From positions 1 to 26,157 of the IMG/VR virus record IMGVR_UViG_3300035527_000120: 26,157 nt of DNA; one strand, 5' to 3'. This document shows, one piece after another, positions 18,255 through 25,993 of this stretch. A model generated the notes under the pieces. That model made no database searches, was not told where the DNA came from, and was given only the letters and a program-made list of their open reading frames with translations. A program made the translations under genes and the position numbers. Source of the DNA: a virus (taxonomy: Duplodnaviria; Caudoviricetes). Every line of letters begins with the position of its first letter. Position 1 is the first letter of the stretch.

Positions 18255-19193
18255 TTACGAGCTTGCTTTTTGGACGGTGATAAGACCTTCACTCTTATTG
18301 CTACCATTCACATAGGCCCAAACAAAGTCGAACCAGTAGGTAACAACCAAGAGGTCAGCCCTACGACCCGCCTTGTGTTCCACGTCAACCTCGATATTTC
18401 CGTAGTATCCAGCGAAAGCACCCTTCATATTCGCTAAGATAGCTTTCTCACCCGTGATGTTCAAGCGACGGATAAGCGGAATACCGTGGATGTGAACCAC
18501 TCGGCGCAAACCAAGAGCCGGAACATCGTCGATGTCATATCCAACCATGTCCTTATCGGCAGATTTCTTGGCAGCAGTCACGAAGTCAGCAGAACCCAAC
18601 AGCACCAAGTCTTCAACATCTTCCTCAGAACCGTAAACACCAAGGTCATTCTGGGCTTCCGCCACAGCGTCCAAGATATTTTGGGCGTTAGAGGTTGTGT
18701 ATTCAACCGGAGAGTTAGCAGCGTTCGCTGTATTCGCCAGCTTTTCGATACCATCAGCGATAGTGAGAGTGTTAGTCGCACCACCCGCACCAGTATCACC
18801 CTTCAGTGCAATCTTATCAGCAGTACGAGCGATAGCCCGGCTGATTTTGTTGCGGAACAACTGATCGAGCTTAAGCTCAGGATACTGAGCCACCTGCTTT
18901 TTCTTCAAGTAGATGTAAGTACCCAATTCGACAGGTTCCAAGTCAGGAGACTTGATGTCGAAGCTCATTTCGGTCAGAGTAGTAATATCCGCCGTATTGT
19001 CGATTCGATAGACCTTATCAAGATCCTCTTCACCGATAACAGGAATAGTACCCTCATTCACGATTTCGATCAACTGATCCCGAGAATCAACCATGCGAAG
19101 AACCAAAGATTTTTCGATGGCGTCGTGAACAATTTTGTCTACCAATTCTTTAGGCAGATTGGTTGCTGATCCAGCAGGAATTACGAAATCCAT
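18255..19193 (-). CDS. Major capsid protein (HK97 fold)
   Basis: 312 aa directly after protease; LPKELVDKIV, ISRAIARTADKIALKGD, IHGIPL patterns typical of HK97-fold capsids; strong AAGGAGG RBS; terminator follows. Confidence 0.85.
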   Translation of the reverse strand: MDFVIPAGSATNLPKELVDKIVHDAIEKSLVLRMVDSRDQLIEIVNEGTIPVIGEEDLDKVYRIDNTADITTLTEMSFDIKSPDLEPVELGTYIYLKKKQVAQYPELKLDQLFRNKISRAIARTADKIALKGDTGAGGATNTLTIADGIEKLANTANAANSPVEYTTSNAQNILDAVAEAQNDLGVYGSEEDVEDLVLLGSADFVTAAKKSADKDMVGYDIDDVPALGLRRVVHIHGIPLIRRLNITGEKAILANMKGAFAGYYGNIEVDVEHKAGRRADLLVVTYWFDFVWAYVNGSNKSEGLITVQKASS

Positions 19194-19248
19194 ATTCAGT
19201 TTCCTCCTTGTTTATTTCAAACGATTTGTTCTAAACCGTAATTTCCGT

Positions 19249-20574
19249 TTAACGATTTCCACGCAGGTAATTACTAAACCACGTGTCAGGATTATGGCCC
19301 TTTCTTTTCTGGGCTGCGTCCCGAACCTTATCTATGTTATCAACATCGAGGGTTTCTTTGATTTCATCCAAGATCTTTGAAACACGAGACATCTCATTGA
19401 TCTTTTCTTCCATCTTAGCCAACCTCTCCGATAACTCTTGATTTCTCTGAGTAAGTTCATCGACTTTGGTTTCGAGAGCCTTTTTATCATCAGGTTTTTG
19501 CTCTTCTTCTGTTTCCTTGTCGGTTTCCTTGGCGACGGTCTCAGATTCATCAGATTCCTCTTCCGCTTCTTCAGCTTCAGCCTCATCTTCAGCTTCCTCT
19601 TCAGGGTCTTCCTCTTCGGACTCTTCCTCTTCAGATTCTTCCTCAGTTTCTTCCGGGGCTTCCTCGGATTCCTCTTCGGATGATTCAGTTTCTTCCTCGG
19701 ATTCTTCATCTTCTTCAGGAGTTTCCTCCTCTTCAGATTCAGTCTCTTCGGTAGATTCCTCTTCAGCCGGAGCCTCTTCCTCTTCCTCGGCTTCTTCTTC
19801 AGATTTATTTGAATCGGGAACCTCTTCGCCTTCAGGCTTATCTTCTTTTGGTTCCTCGTTTTCTTCCGTCGCTTCTTCCTCAGTTTGATCTTCTTCAGGT
19901 TTTTCTTCTTCTTCGTCACGTCGTAACATTTCCCGAACATCCATCTCTTTCGCAGACTTTTCGTCCACCAAACCTCTGGTAACCAATTCACGCTTATACT
20001 TCTCTGCGCCATCAGCACTTAAGGCTTCAGGGTTTCCGGGAACCGGAACAGCCGAATACTCAAGCAGCTCCCATTTATAAATGAGGTAGACACCCCAGAA
20101 ATCAGCATCATCAATCTGTTCTCTGGTGACGCTCAGACCATACTTCTTATTAAGGTCTTCCATGTTCTCCTCATCGTACCGTTTATACTTCAACGGCATG
20201 AATCCAATTGACCAAGCGTGTAAGAATCCATCCTTGTAGGCGTTGAACACTTTCACAGCCAACGGATCATTCTTGTTAAACTCAGTCGTGGTAACAATTT
20301 CATCCTCACGAATGTCCAAATCAACACATCGACCGATAGGGATTTTCGGTGTGGCTTCATCCATATTATGAGACCACAAAACGACAGCATTATTCAAAAA
20401 ATGCTTAACGTCAGCACCCTTTGGTAACACGATGGTGCTATAACGATCAAGTGCCTTCGTATTAATGGTATGAGTAATCGTTAGATTAGCTTCATCCACT
20501 TCACGGATGGACGTTCGGAGAAATCCATTTCTTTTCTTATTCAGTTCCATTAATTTATCCTCCTTAGTTTCCAT
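19249..20574 (-). CDS. HK97-type prohead protease fused to acidic linker and coiled-coil scaffold-like tail
   Basis: DRYSTIV, NAVVLWSHN, PIGR, AWSIGF, ELLEYSAVPVPGNPEAL protease motifs; ~140 aa Glu-rich low-complexity segment; C-terminal coiled coil. Confidence 0.9.
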   Translation of the reverse strand: METKEDKLMELNKKRNGFLRTSIREVDEANLTITHTINTKALDRYSTIVLPKGADVKHFLNNAVVLWSHNMDEATPKIPIGRCVDLDIREDEIVTTTEFNKNDPLAVKVFNAYKDGFLHAWSIGFMPLKYKRYDEENMEDLNKKYGLSVTREQIDDADFWGVYLIYKWELLEYSAVPVPGNPEALSADGAEKYKRELVTRGLVDEKSAKEMDVREMLRRDEEEEKPEEDQTEEEATEENEEPKEDKPEGEEVPDSNKSEEEAEEEEEAPAEEESTEETESEEEETPEEDEESEEETESSEEESEEAPEETEEESEEEESEEEDPEEEAEDEAEAEEAEEESDESETVAKETDKETEEEQKPDDKKALETKVDELTQRNQELSERLAKMEEKINEMSRVSKILDEIKETLDVDNIDKVRDAAQKRKGHNPDTWFSNYLRGNR

Positions 20575-20578
20575 CGTA

Positions 20579-20965
20579 TTACGTGTCAGACTGTTTACTC
20601 AGAATTACACGAGCCTTGACCACATCACCCTGTCTCGACGTAACAGTATACTGAACGACCACACAATTGTTGTAAGTCGCAGCAGGAATACCACCACCCC
20701 GGTAACCAGCCAACAACTGAACGGTAACAGCCGTACCATTCTGAGCGATTGTATCAATCGCATAGGTATCGTCTGCTTTGTATTCAGCACAGTCAACTGT
20801 AATCGTCAACTCAGAATTACCATGAGCAACGAAAATAGGGTACTGTCTATCGGCTGCAAAGTACTTGATCGGGTTGAAATCATAATCAACTTCGATACCC
20901 TCGCAGTTCGCAATTTCTTTTGAACCGACAAGAATACGTCCGACATTTGCTTTCACGTCAGCCAT
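20579..20965 (-). CDS. Putative tail tube (major tail) protein
   Basis: Start reassigned to ATG 20965 (AAGGAGG RBS; the track's TTG start lies inside the promoter motif). 128 aa beta-rich; no other tube candidate lies between terminator and chaperone genes. Confidence 0.55.
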   Translation of the reverse strand: MADVKANVGRILVGSKEIANCEGIEVDYDFNPIKYFAADRQYPIFVAHGNSELTITVDCAEYKADDTYAIDTIAQNGTAVTVQLLAGYRGGGIPAATYNNCVVVQYTVTSRQGDVVKARVILSKQSDT

Positions 20966-20991
20966 ATTAATTTCCTCCTTAGTTTCTACTA

Positions 20992-21019
20992 TTAAATACA
21001 AATTAGTTACTTAAGAAAA
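20992..21019 (-). promoter_or_regulatory. Conserved 28-bp upstream motif, copy 2 (candidate late promoter)
   Basis: + strand TTAAATACAAATTAGTTACTTAAGAAAA; 26 nt upstream of ATG 20965. Confidence 0.75.
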
Positions 21020-21050
21020 ATTTTCTGGGCCGTCGCTTATCCCTTTTTTC

Positions 21051-21299
21051 TTAAATAACATCTTGCCTTGTTACGATTTTTGAGGCTTTCCAATTTCCTG
21101 TAACTTCCTCTGCCATAACAAGATATGTTTGACCAAACCAGAAATTCAAATCACCTTCAACGTAATAAACTCCTGTATTGGCCCATTCAGTTCCAAAGCC
21201 TTGATAAATCAAACTATTGTCATCATCATAGACCTTGAATCTGACTTGCTGCCCGGAAACATAGTCTTTAGACGCAAACGCTACTCTCACCCGAGCCAT
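21051..21299 (-). CDS. Small beta-rich putative virion protein
   Basis: 82 aa; TEWANTGVYY resembles TEQGDGVYE of the upstream gene. Confidence 0.55.
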   Translation of the reverse strand: MARVRVAFASKDYVSGQQVRFKVYDDDNSLIYQGFGTEWANTGVYYVEGDLNFWFGQTYLVMAEEVTGNWKASKIVTRQDVI

Positions 21300-21314
21300 T
21301 ATGCAAGTCCTTTA

Positions 21315-21854
21315 TTAAAGAAAGTATCCGCCCGGCTTAATCTGGCCGTCGATATTATCAATCTTGGTATTAACCTGATCGACTTTACCTTCAACCGAAT
21401 CAACCGAAGTCTGGACACTATCAACTTTCCCATCAACGGAGTCAACCTTACCGTCCACAGTATTAACAGAATTTTGCACGCTATCAACTTTTCCATCAAC
21501 AGTATCTACTTTTCCGTCAACCGTATTAACGGTAGATTGAACATTATCAACTTTCGTTTCAACACCGTCTACTTTGGAATCTACATCATCCAAATCGACA
21601 GCTACGACATCCACATTGTGATAAGCCTTATCTCCATTTACAGCAGAGACAACTCTCTCCTGCCAAAGACCGACCACATCCGGCGTATAACTGAACTCAT
21701 AAACACCGTCGCCTTGTTCAGTAACAGTTGGGGCCGGGGCCAGTAAACTTCCATCTGGCTTTCTCACCGTGATTGTCAGATCAGATAAACTCTCTGCGAA
21801 ATCAACCGCAGCGTATTCGACCTTACGAATCTTATTTACAGTCGTTTTTTCCAT
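21315..21854 (-). CDS. Putative virion fibre/decoration protein: Ig-like N-domain + Val heptad coiled coil
   Basis: TEQGDGVYEFSYTPDVVGLW beta domain, then ~11 heptads of type VDGKVDS; ends PGGYFL. Confidence 0.65.
   Translation of the reverse strand: MEKTTVNKIRKVEYAAVDFAESLSDLTITVRKPDGSLLAPAPTVTEQGDGVYEFSYTPDVVGLWQERVVSAVNGDKAYHNVDVVAVDLDDVDSKVDGVETKVDNVQSTVNTVDGKVDTVDGKVDSVQNSVNTVDGKVDSVDGKVDSVQTSVDSVEGKVDQVNTKIDNIDGQIKPGGYFL
21340..21590 (-). repeat. 21-bp-period coding tandem repeat (VDGKVDS heptads)
   Basis: Repeated TCAACTTT(T/A)CC(G/A)TCAAC units encoding V-D-G-K-V-D-S/T; boundaries approximate. Confidence 0.8.
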
Positions 21855-21878
21855 TCTCTTTTCTCCTCTCTTTTCTCC

Positions 21879-21998
21879 TTAAAGAAAGTGACCACCATTA
21901 GGGTTGGTGTTTGATTCTGAGTTGTATCTTCCTCCTTTTAATAGAGTCACAATCTTAATTTTAATTTTTTCAATAACTTTACCTACCGCTTTCCACAT
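21879..21998 (-). CDS. 39-aa small protein (below ORF-track cutoff)
   Basis: MWKAVGKVIEKIKIKIVTLLKGGRYNSESNTNPNGGHFL; TAATG coupling with upstream stop; fills the gap between neighbours. Confidence 0.55.
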   Translation of the reverse strand: MWKAVGKVIEKIKIKIVTLLKGGRYNSESNTNPNGGHFL

Positions 21999-22261
21999 TA
22001 CCGTGTTCCTTTAATATAATACCTAAGTTTTATTGTCCCTAATTTGGATTTAACCCGGATATTTCGACACGGAAAATCGTCGCCAGTTTCAATATCTTTA
22101 AGTCCCGGAATCCAATCTCCCCATCCACTCTCATCTTTTAACTGGATGTAATAATCTCCCTCATCTGAAAAGAACGAAAACTTTGATATATCAAAGACCG
22201 GATTAAAAGCGTGTGGGGTTGTATTTACTTGAAACTCCCCAGATAAATAATCAACTCCCAT
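21998..22261 (-). CDS. Hypothetical protein (small beta-rich, possibly virion)
   Basis: 87 aa, GAGGG RBS, co-oriented in operon. Confidence 0.6.
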   Translation of the reverse strand: MGVDYLSGEFQVNTTPHAFNPVFDISKFSFFSDEGDYYIQLKDESGWGDWIPGLKDIETGDDFPCRNIRVKSKLGTIKLRYYIKGTR

Positions 22262-22275
22262 GTCGCCCTCACAAT

Positions 22276-22455
22276 TTACCTCTTAGAAATTTGTTTAGGA
22301 TTCACAGAATTTTGGGGATACTTTTTCAAAATCTGTTTCCATCCGCACGAACAAACCAGCATTTTCACGCCTCCCCTAAGCATCGGCAAAACTTTCTTAC
22401 CGCACTCGGGACATTTACCTTGTTGTCCGGCTCCCGCAGAAATTTTAAAATCCAT
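22276..22455 (-). CDS. 59-aa zinc-ribbon protein (below ORF-track cutoff)
   Basis: MDFKISAGAGQQGKCPECGKKVLPMLRGGVKMLVCSCGWKQ...; CPEC...CSC motif; TAATG coupling to the upstream gene. Confidence 0.65.
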   Translation of the reverse strand: MDFKISAGAGQQGKCPECGKKVLPMLRGGVKMLVCSCGWKQILKKYPQNSVNPKQISKR

Positions 22456-22781
22456 TATTTTTTCACCTTCTTTTTCGTGGTTCTTTTTTTAGTAGCTCTC
22501 CGAGTTGTTCTTCGACGGGTTGTTTTAACCGGAAACATTGCATCATACTGTCCCTTAATATAACAAACGTCCTCACTCAGAGAAACGACTTTATTTTCAA
22601 TTTGTTCTTGTTTAGATGAAACACCGTCGAGCTTTCCGTCTAAGTGTTTTAGATCATTGGTCATAATTTTTGTAAACGCCATCTTATTTGCAATGAAGAG
22701 AAAAATAATCCCCACAAAATTCAACAGCGCAACAATACCACCAACAATTTTCATCACATCACCAAACTGCGCTAATTCCAT
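22455..22781 (-). CDS. Single-TM membrane protein with coiled coil and basic tail (holin-like candidate)
   Basis: Hydrophobic IVGGIVALLNFVGIIFLFIA, coiled coil, very basic C-terminus. Confidence 0.5.
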   Translation of the reverse strand: MELAQFGDVMKIVGGIVALLNFVGIIFLFIANKMAFTKIMTNDLKHLDGKLDGVSSKQEQIENKVVSLSEDVCYIKGQYDAMFPVKTTRRRTTRRATKKRTTKKKVKK

Positions 22782-22811
22782 ATTTATGCAACTCCCTTCA
22801 ATATTTAAGTA

Positions 22812-23315
22812 TTAATATTCATCATATTGAATTGTATACTCTATTTCAAAATTTCCTGTCTCTGCCGTAGATAATACTTCTAATTGAAATACCAACCAAG
22901 AAGAATAATCTCCAACATCTGTTAGGGTACCGTCTAAACTAATTGAGTTACCCTCTGAATTTTTTGTATCAAATTCCACCCGGGTTCCTCGGGTAGATTG
23001 AATGTTTACCGGAGCCTGATAAGAATTAATCACGTCGCTATTCACTGTTAGGTTATATCCCGACGCTGGCATACCACTATCATACCACGCTTTAATACTA
23101 TCAACACGAACATTGGGAGCTAAGTCACAACGTAAACGAATCCAGACCTCATAAGAATACCTCGTTCCTGCTTCTGGAACCGTCATCGGGCTGGCCGTCT
23201 TATTTACCGTAGCACTATCTTGCTGGATTAAATAAGAAATATTTTTTGCGACTTCTTGAGCAGCACCCGCATAACTCTGGCCCGCATTTTGTACAATACT
23301 GATAACACTGCTCAT
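22812..23315 (-). CDS. Putative virion structural protein
   Basis: 167 aa Ser/Thr-rich beta protein, YSYEVWIRL...IKAW...YDEY; family recognition is tentative. Confidence 0.5.
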   Translation of the reverse strand: MSSVISIVQNAGQSYAGAAQEVAKNISYLIQQDSATVNKTASPMTVPEAGTRYSYEVWIRLRCDLAPNVRVDSIKAWYDSGMPASGYNLTVNSDVINSYQAPVNIQSTRGTRVEFDTKNSEGNSISLDGTLTDVGDYSSWLVFQLEVLSTAETGNFEIEYTIQYDEY

Positions 23316-24043
23316 ATTACCTCCTGTATCTTCTCAGATAGATTATTGGCACCAATAATTTCAGATTCCCAAAAAACAATTGTTTTATACCCCGCCTCAG
23401 AATAAACCAACAACCTTCTCTTATCAGCCTTTTTATATCTTGGTAAATTATGCCAATAATCTCCAAAAACTTCTATAATTATTTTTCTTTCTTTATTTAC
23501 AAAATCTGGATTAAAAGATTCAATAAAGAATTTTCCATCACCTGCATACTCAAAACCAAATTGTTTTAGAAAAGGTTCAATTATCTTTTCTGGTTTTGTT
23601 TTTTTATGGGATTGTGCCTTTCGTGAATTTTTAATCCTATTAATTTTCCAAGATTTATTTCTATTCAACTCTCTTTGAAATTGACTCATTTTTAAATGTT
23701 CTTCTGGCTTATTCCAACGGACTTTTCTTTTCAAATCAAATTTACGCTTTACTTCTGGTCTATTCATCACTAAACTGCATACTTCACTTCTTGATCGCCT
23801 ATTAACCCCTATTTGATCTAATCTCCTAGCAATAGTATTGCTACTTATACCAAACTGCTTTTCAAGTTGTATTGTAGATTGTCCGGCCAAATATAATTTC
23901 TTTACTTTATTAATATTAAACTTAATCCTTTTCCTACCGCCAGACTGATCCTTAGATAATTGTTTTCCCTTATTCCAAGGAACATTACCCTGTTTAAATT
24001 GTGTATCTTGTCTACTCATAATCTTATTCACTTGGTTTATCAC
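23312..24043 (-). CDS. Vsr/DUF559-like (EDxHD-type) homing endonuclease with NUMOD3-like and HTH DNA-binding modules
   Basis: FKQGNVPWNKG (NUMOD-like), STIQLEKQFGISSNTIARRL (HTH), TKPE...PDF...IEVFGDYWH...GYKTIVFWESEI; true start may be 24019. Confidence 0.8.
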   Translation of the reverse strand: MINQVNKIMSRQDTQFKQGNVPWNKGKQLSKDQSGGRKRIKFNINKVKKLYLAGQSTIQLEKQFGISSNTIARRLDQIGVNRRSRSEVCSLVMNRPEVKRKFDLKRKVRWNKPEEHLKMSQFQRELNRNKSWKINRIKNSRKAQSHKKTKPEKIIEPFLKQFGFEYAGDGKFFIESFNPDFVNKERKIIIEVFGDYWHNLPRYKKADKRRLLVYSEAGYKTIVFWESEIIGANNLSEKIQEVI

Positions 24044-24323
24044 CCGTCACATCAAATGTGCCATCCGGGTAAACCCAATTCTTTTCTTCAGATCCATCAT
24101 TCCGGCGGACACCCACACAATAACGATGAATATATTTTGCTTTGACAATCCCTTTACCAGAAACCTTCATTCTTTTCCGGGCAAAGAAAATCGGCTGCTC
24201 ATCCTCTTTAACTTCAAATTCTTTTCCATCCGGCAGCCTAAAAGAAAATGGTCGGTCAATAAAACCGAGCCGTTCCAACGGGAAAGCAATCCCGCCCTTA
24301 ATTAAATAAATCGGATTATCCAT
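24024..24323 (-). CDS. Hypothetical protein
   Basis: Start reassigned to ATG 24323 after GGAGG; 99 aa. Confidence 0.6.
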   Translation of the reverse strand: MDNPIYLIKGGIAFPLERLGFIDRPFSFRLPDGKEFEVKEDEQPIFFARKRMKVSGKGIVKAKYIHRYCVGVRRNDGSEEKNWVYPDGTFDVTGDKPSE

Positions 24324-24513
24324 TATCCTTACCTCCACGTGTCAGGTATTCGTTCAATTTACGAAGCTCTGTCTCACCTTCCAAAAGCAAGGCCCGGGCT
24401 CGTGATAAAAGAATTAAGCCCTTACGATTTTTACTGGTCACCTTCAGTAAATAATCATTCGTTTGCTTCTGTTTCTTCAGGTACCGAGCTATCCTCTCCT
24501 GAGTCAATTTCAT
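24316..24513 (-). CDS. Hypothetical small basic helical protein
   Basis: 65 aa, strong AGGAGG RBS, overlaps both neighbours. Confidence 0.55.
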   Translation of the reverse strand: MKLTQERIARYLKKQKQTNDYLLKVTSKNRKGLILLSRARALLLEGETELRKLNEYLTRGGKDNG

Positions 24514-24727
24514 TCTGTAACCTCCTGTCCGACGCCATCAGGCGTCCGAACTCATTTAAAGTTTCAATGGCCTTTTCAAGAATCTCAGATTTAGGAATAA
24601 ATTCTTCAATCAAACCTTCTTTGGATTCCATCTCCATGCCCTCCAAGCTAAAAAGATTCTCTTGGAATAAGGCATAAGCCAATTGCTGATATTCTTGTGC
24701 AAGTGTATGTTTTTTACTCATAGACAC
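24455..24727 (-). CDS. Hypothetical acidic protein, first gene of late unit
   Basis: 90 aa, GAGGGAG RBS, 16 nt downstream of conserved motif copy 1. Confidence 0.6.
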   Translation of the reverse strand: MSMSKKHTLAQEYQQLAYALFQENLFSLEGMEMESKEGLIEEFIPKSEILEKAIETLNEFGRLMASDRRLQNEIDSGEDSSVPEETEANE

Positions 24728-24743
24728 ATTTTCTCCCTCATAC

Positions 24744-24771
24744 TTAAATACAAATTAGGGACTTAAGAAAA
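24744..24771 (-). promoter_or_regulatory. Conserved 28-bp upstream motif, copy 1 (candidate late promoter)
   Basis: + strand TTAAATACAAATTAGGGACTTAAGAAAA at the head of the whole minus-strand gene block. Confidence 0.75.
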
Positions 24772-25612
24772 TACCACTTTCAAAAGATTTCTGTAAACTT
24801 ATACTGCGGAAAGTATTAAATTCTTGGATTTTAATAGGTTTGTTAGGTGTTTCTGATAGGTTTCCCGGAATAACATCCCGCTTTCAACGAGCGAAGCTCG
24901 TTTTCGCCGGGCTTATTCTTTCTGATGTGATGGCAACCTCGCCCGGCAGAAGCCGTGCTCGCCCTCAATCAGTATTATTACTTCTTTACTTATTATATTA
25001 TATAATATTCATATTGCGTCAGATTGGCCGTATTCCGGCTTTTTCGGGCCAAGACGTTGCTTACCCCTACTGAACTGCCGTTCGTCCACTGACGGGCCTC
25101 TCAGCAAGGATACCGGGTATCTCAGGACACCCCGAGACCCCGAAAATCCCAATCCTGTCAGGAGGCCAAAATTTTCCCGGGATATTTTTTGACTTCAGGG
25201 TTCGATGGGTTCGGAAAATTCCTTACTTTACCGGGGCCTCCCGCAGAGTCTTATCGAACCACATACTCTGGTTCGGAAAAAATTACCAAACAAAATATCA
25301 TATTCAAGACTTTGTATGGTAACTTCAGAGCACGGGGCAGGTAAACAATATGAGGGAGCCGTTCTTTTTCCTGAAGTCTTTGCTCCGGCCTACGCTTTGG
25401 CTCCGGGCCGGGCCCTGCTGGTTCCTGCGGTTTTCCAATATCTCAATCTTTCCACAGCCGGAAATTATCGAACGTGCAAACACATGCTTGGATCTAAAGA
25501 TAATAAAGACCACTCGTATACTTCTTTTGCTTAAAGATACATAGGTATACATGTATATTATCTCTTGACTATCTTACTTAATACTTAAACCCTTATCTTA
25601 TTTACTTATAAA

Positions 25613-25734
25613 CTGATAGACTTCAGAAATCTTCCTGAAGTCTTACAGAAGTCTATCAGAAGTCTTCTGAATCTTTCTGAAGTCTTCACGAAGAGCGGGT
25701 AAGATATGAAGTCTTCTGAAGTCTTCTGAAGTCT
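25613..25734. repeat. Helically phased GAAGTCT(TCT) repeat array with inverted copy, flanked by AT-rich tracts
   Basis: GAAGTCT at 25637, 25648, 25659, 25679, 25708, 25718, 25728 plus variants at 25626 and 25669; inverted CTGATAGACTTC (25613-25624) pairs with GAAGTCTATCAG (25648-25659). Confidence 0.85.
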
Positions 25735-25923
25735 ACTTGTCTATATGTATTAGTGTTATATTATTATTATAAATTATGACTGCGTGGTTTGCTGGTGTCT
25801 TGCCCGGCGTCCGGGGCTCTTCCGGCTGGCCGGGGCCGGGCTTCAAGGCCGGGACAAAAAATTTTTCTGGCTGGTTTCTCGACGGGAAACGTCCCCGGCT
25901 TCAAATTTTTTTTGCTGGTGCCC

Positions 25924-25952
25924 TTGACACGTTCCCGGCTTCGTGCTATGCT
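25924..25952 (+). promoter_or_regulatory. Sigma70-type (early) promoter
   Basis: TTGACA (25924-25929), 17-bp spacer, extended TG-n-TATGCT (25947-25952); followed by GGAGG and ATG. Confidence 0.8.
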
Positions 25953-25993
25953 TTGAGCAGACAAACGGAAACCGAAAAACGGAGGGCCGGAAA

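Noticed and set aside
18486-19169. 227-aa plus-strand ORF (similarly 21129-21746 and other plus-strand ORFs)
   Set aside because: Antisense to well-supported genes, with no recognisable motifs; explained by codon bias and repeats on the coding strand.
19332-20018. 228-aa Lys/Arg-rich ORF, plus the Ser-rich (19466-19888) and Phe-rich (19438-19683) antisense ORFs
   Set aside because: Alternative-frame shadows of the GAA/GAG-rich acidic tract of the protease gene.
2132-24727. Possible TAG recoding, since no called gene ends in TAG
   Set aside because: Genes are intact under code 11 with no TAG-fragmented ORFs; TAA preference is expected in AT-rich DNA.
25613-25734. Possible CRISPR array
   Set aside because: Units are 10-11 bp and tandem, with no unique spacers and no cas genes.
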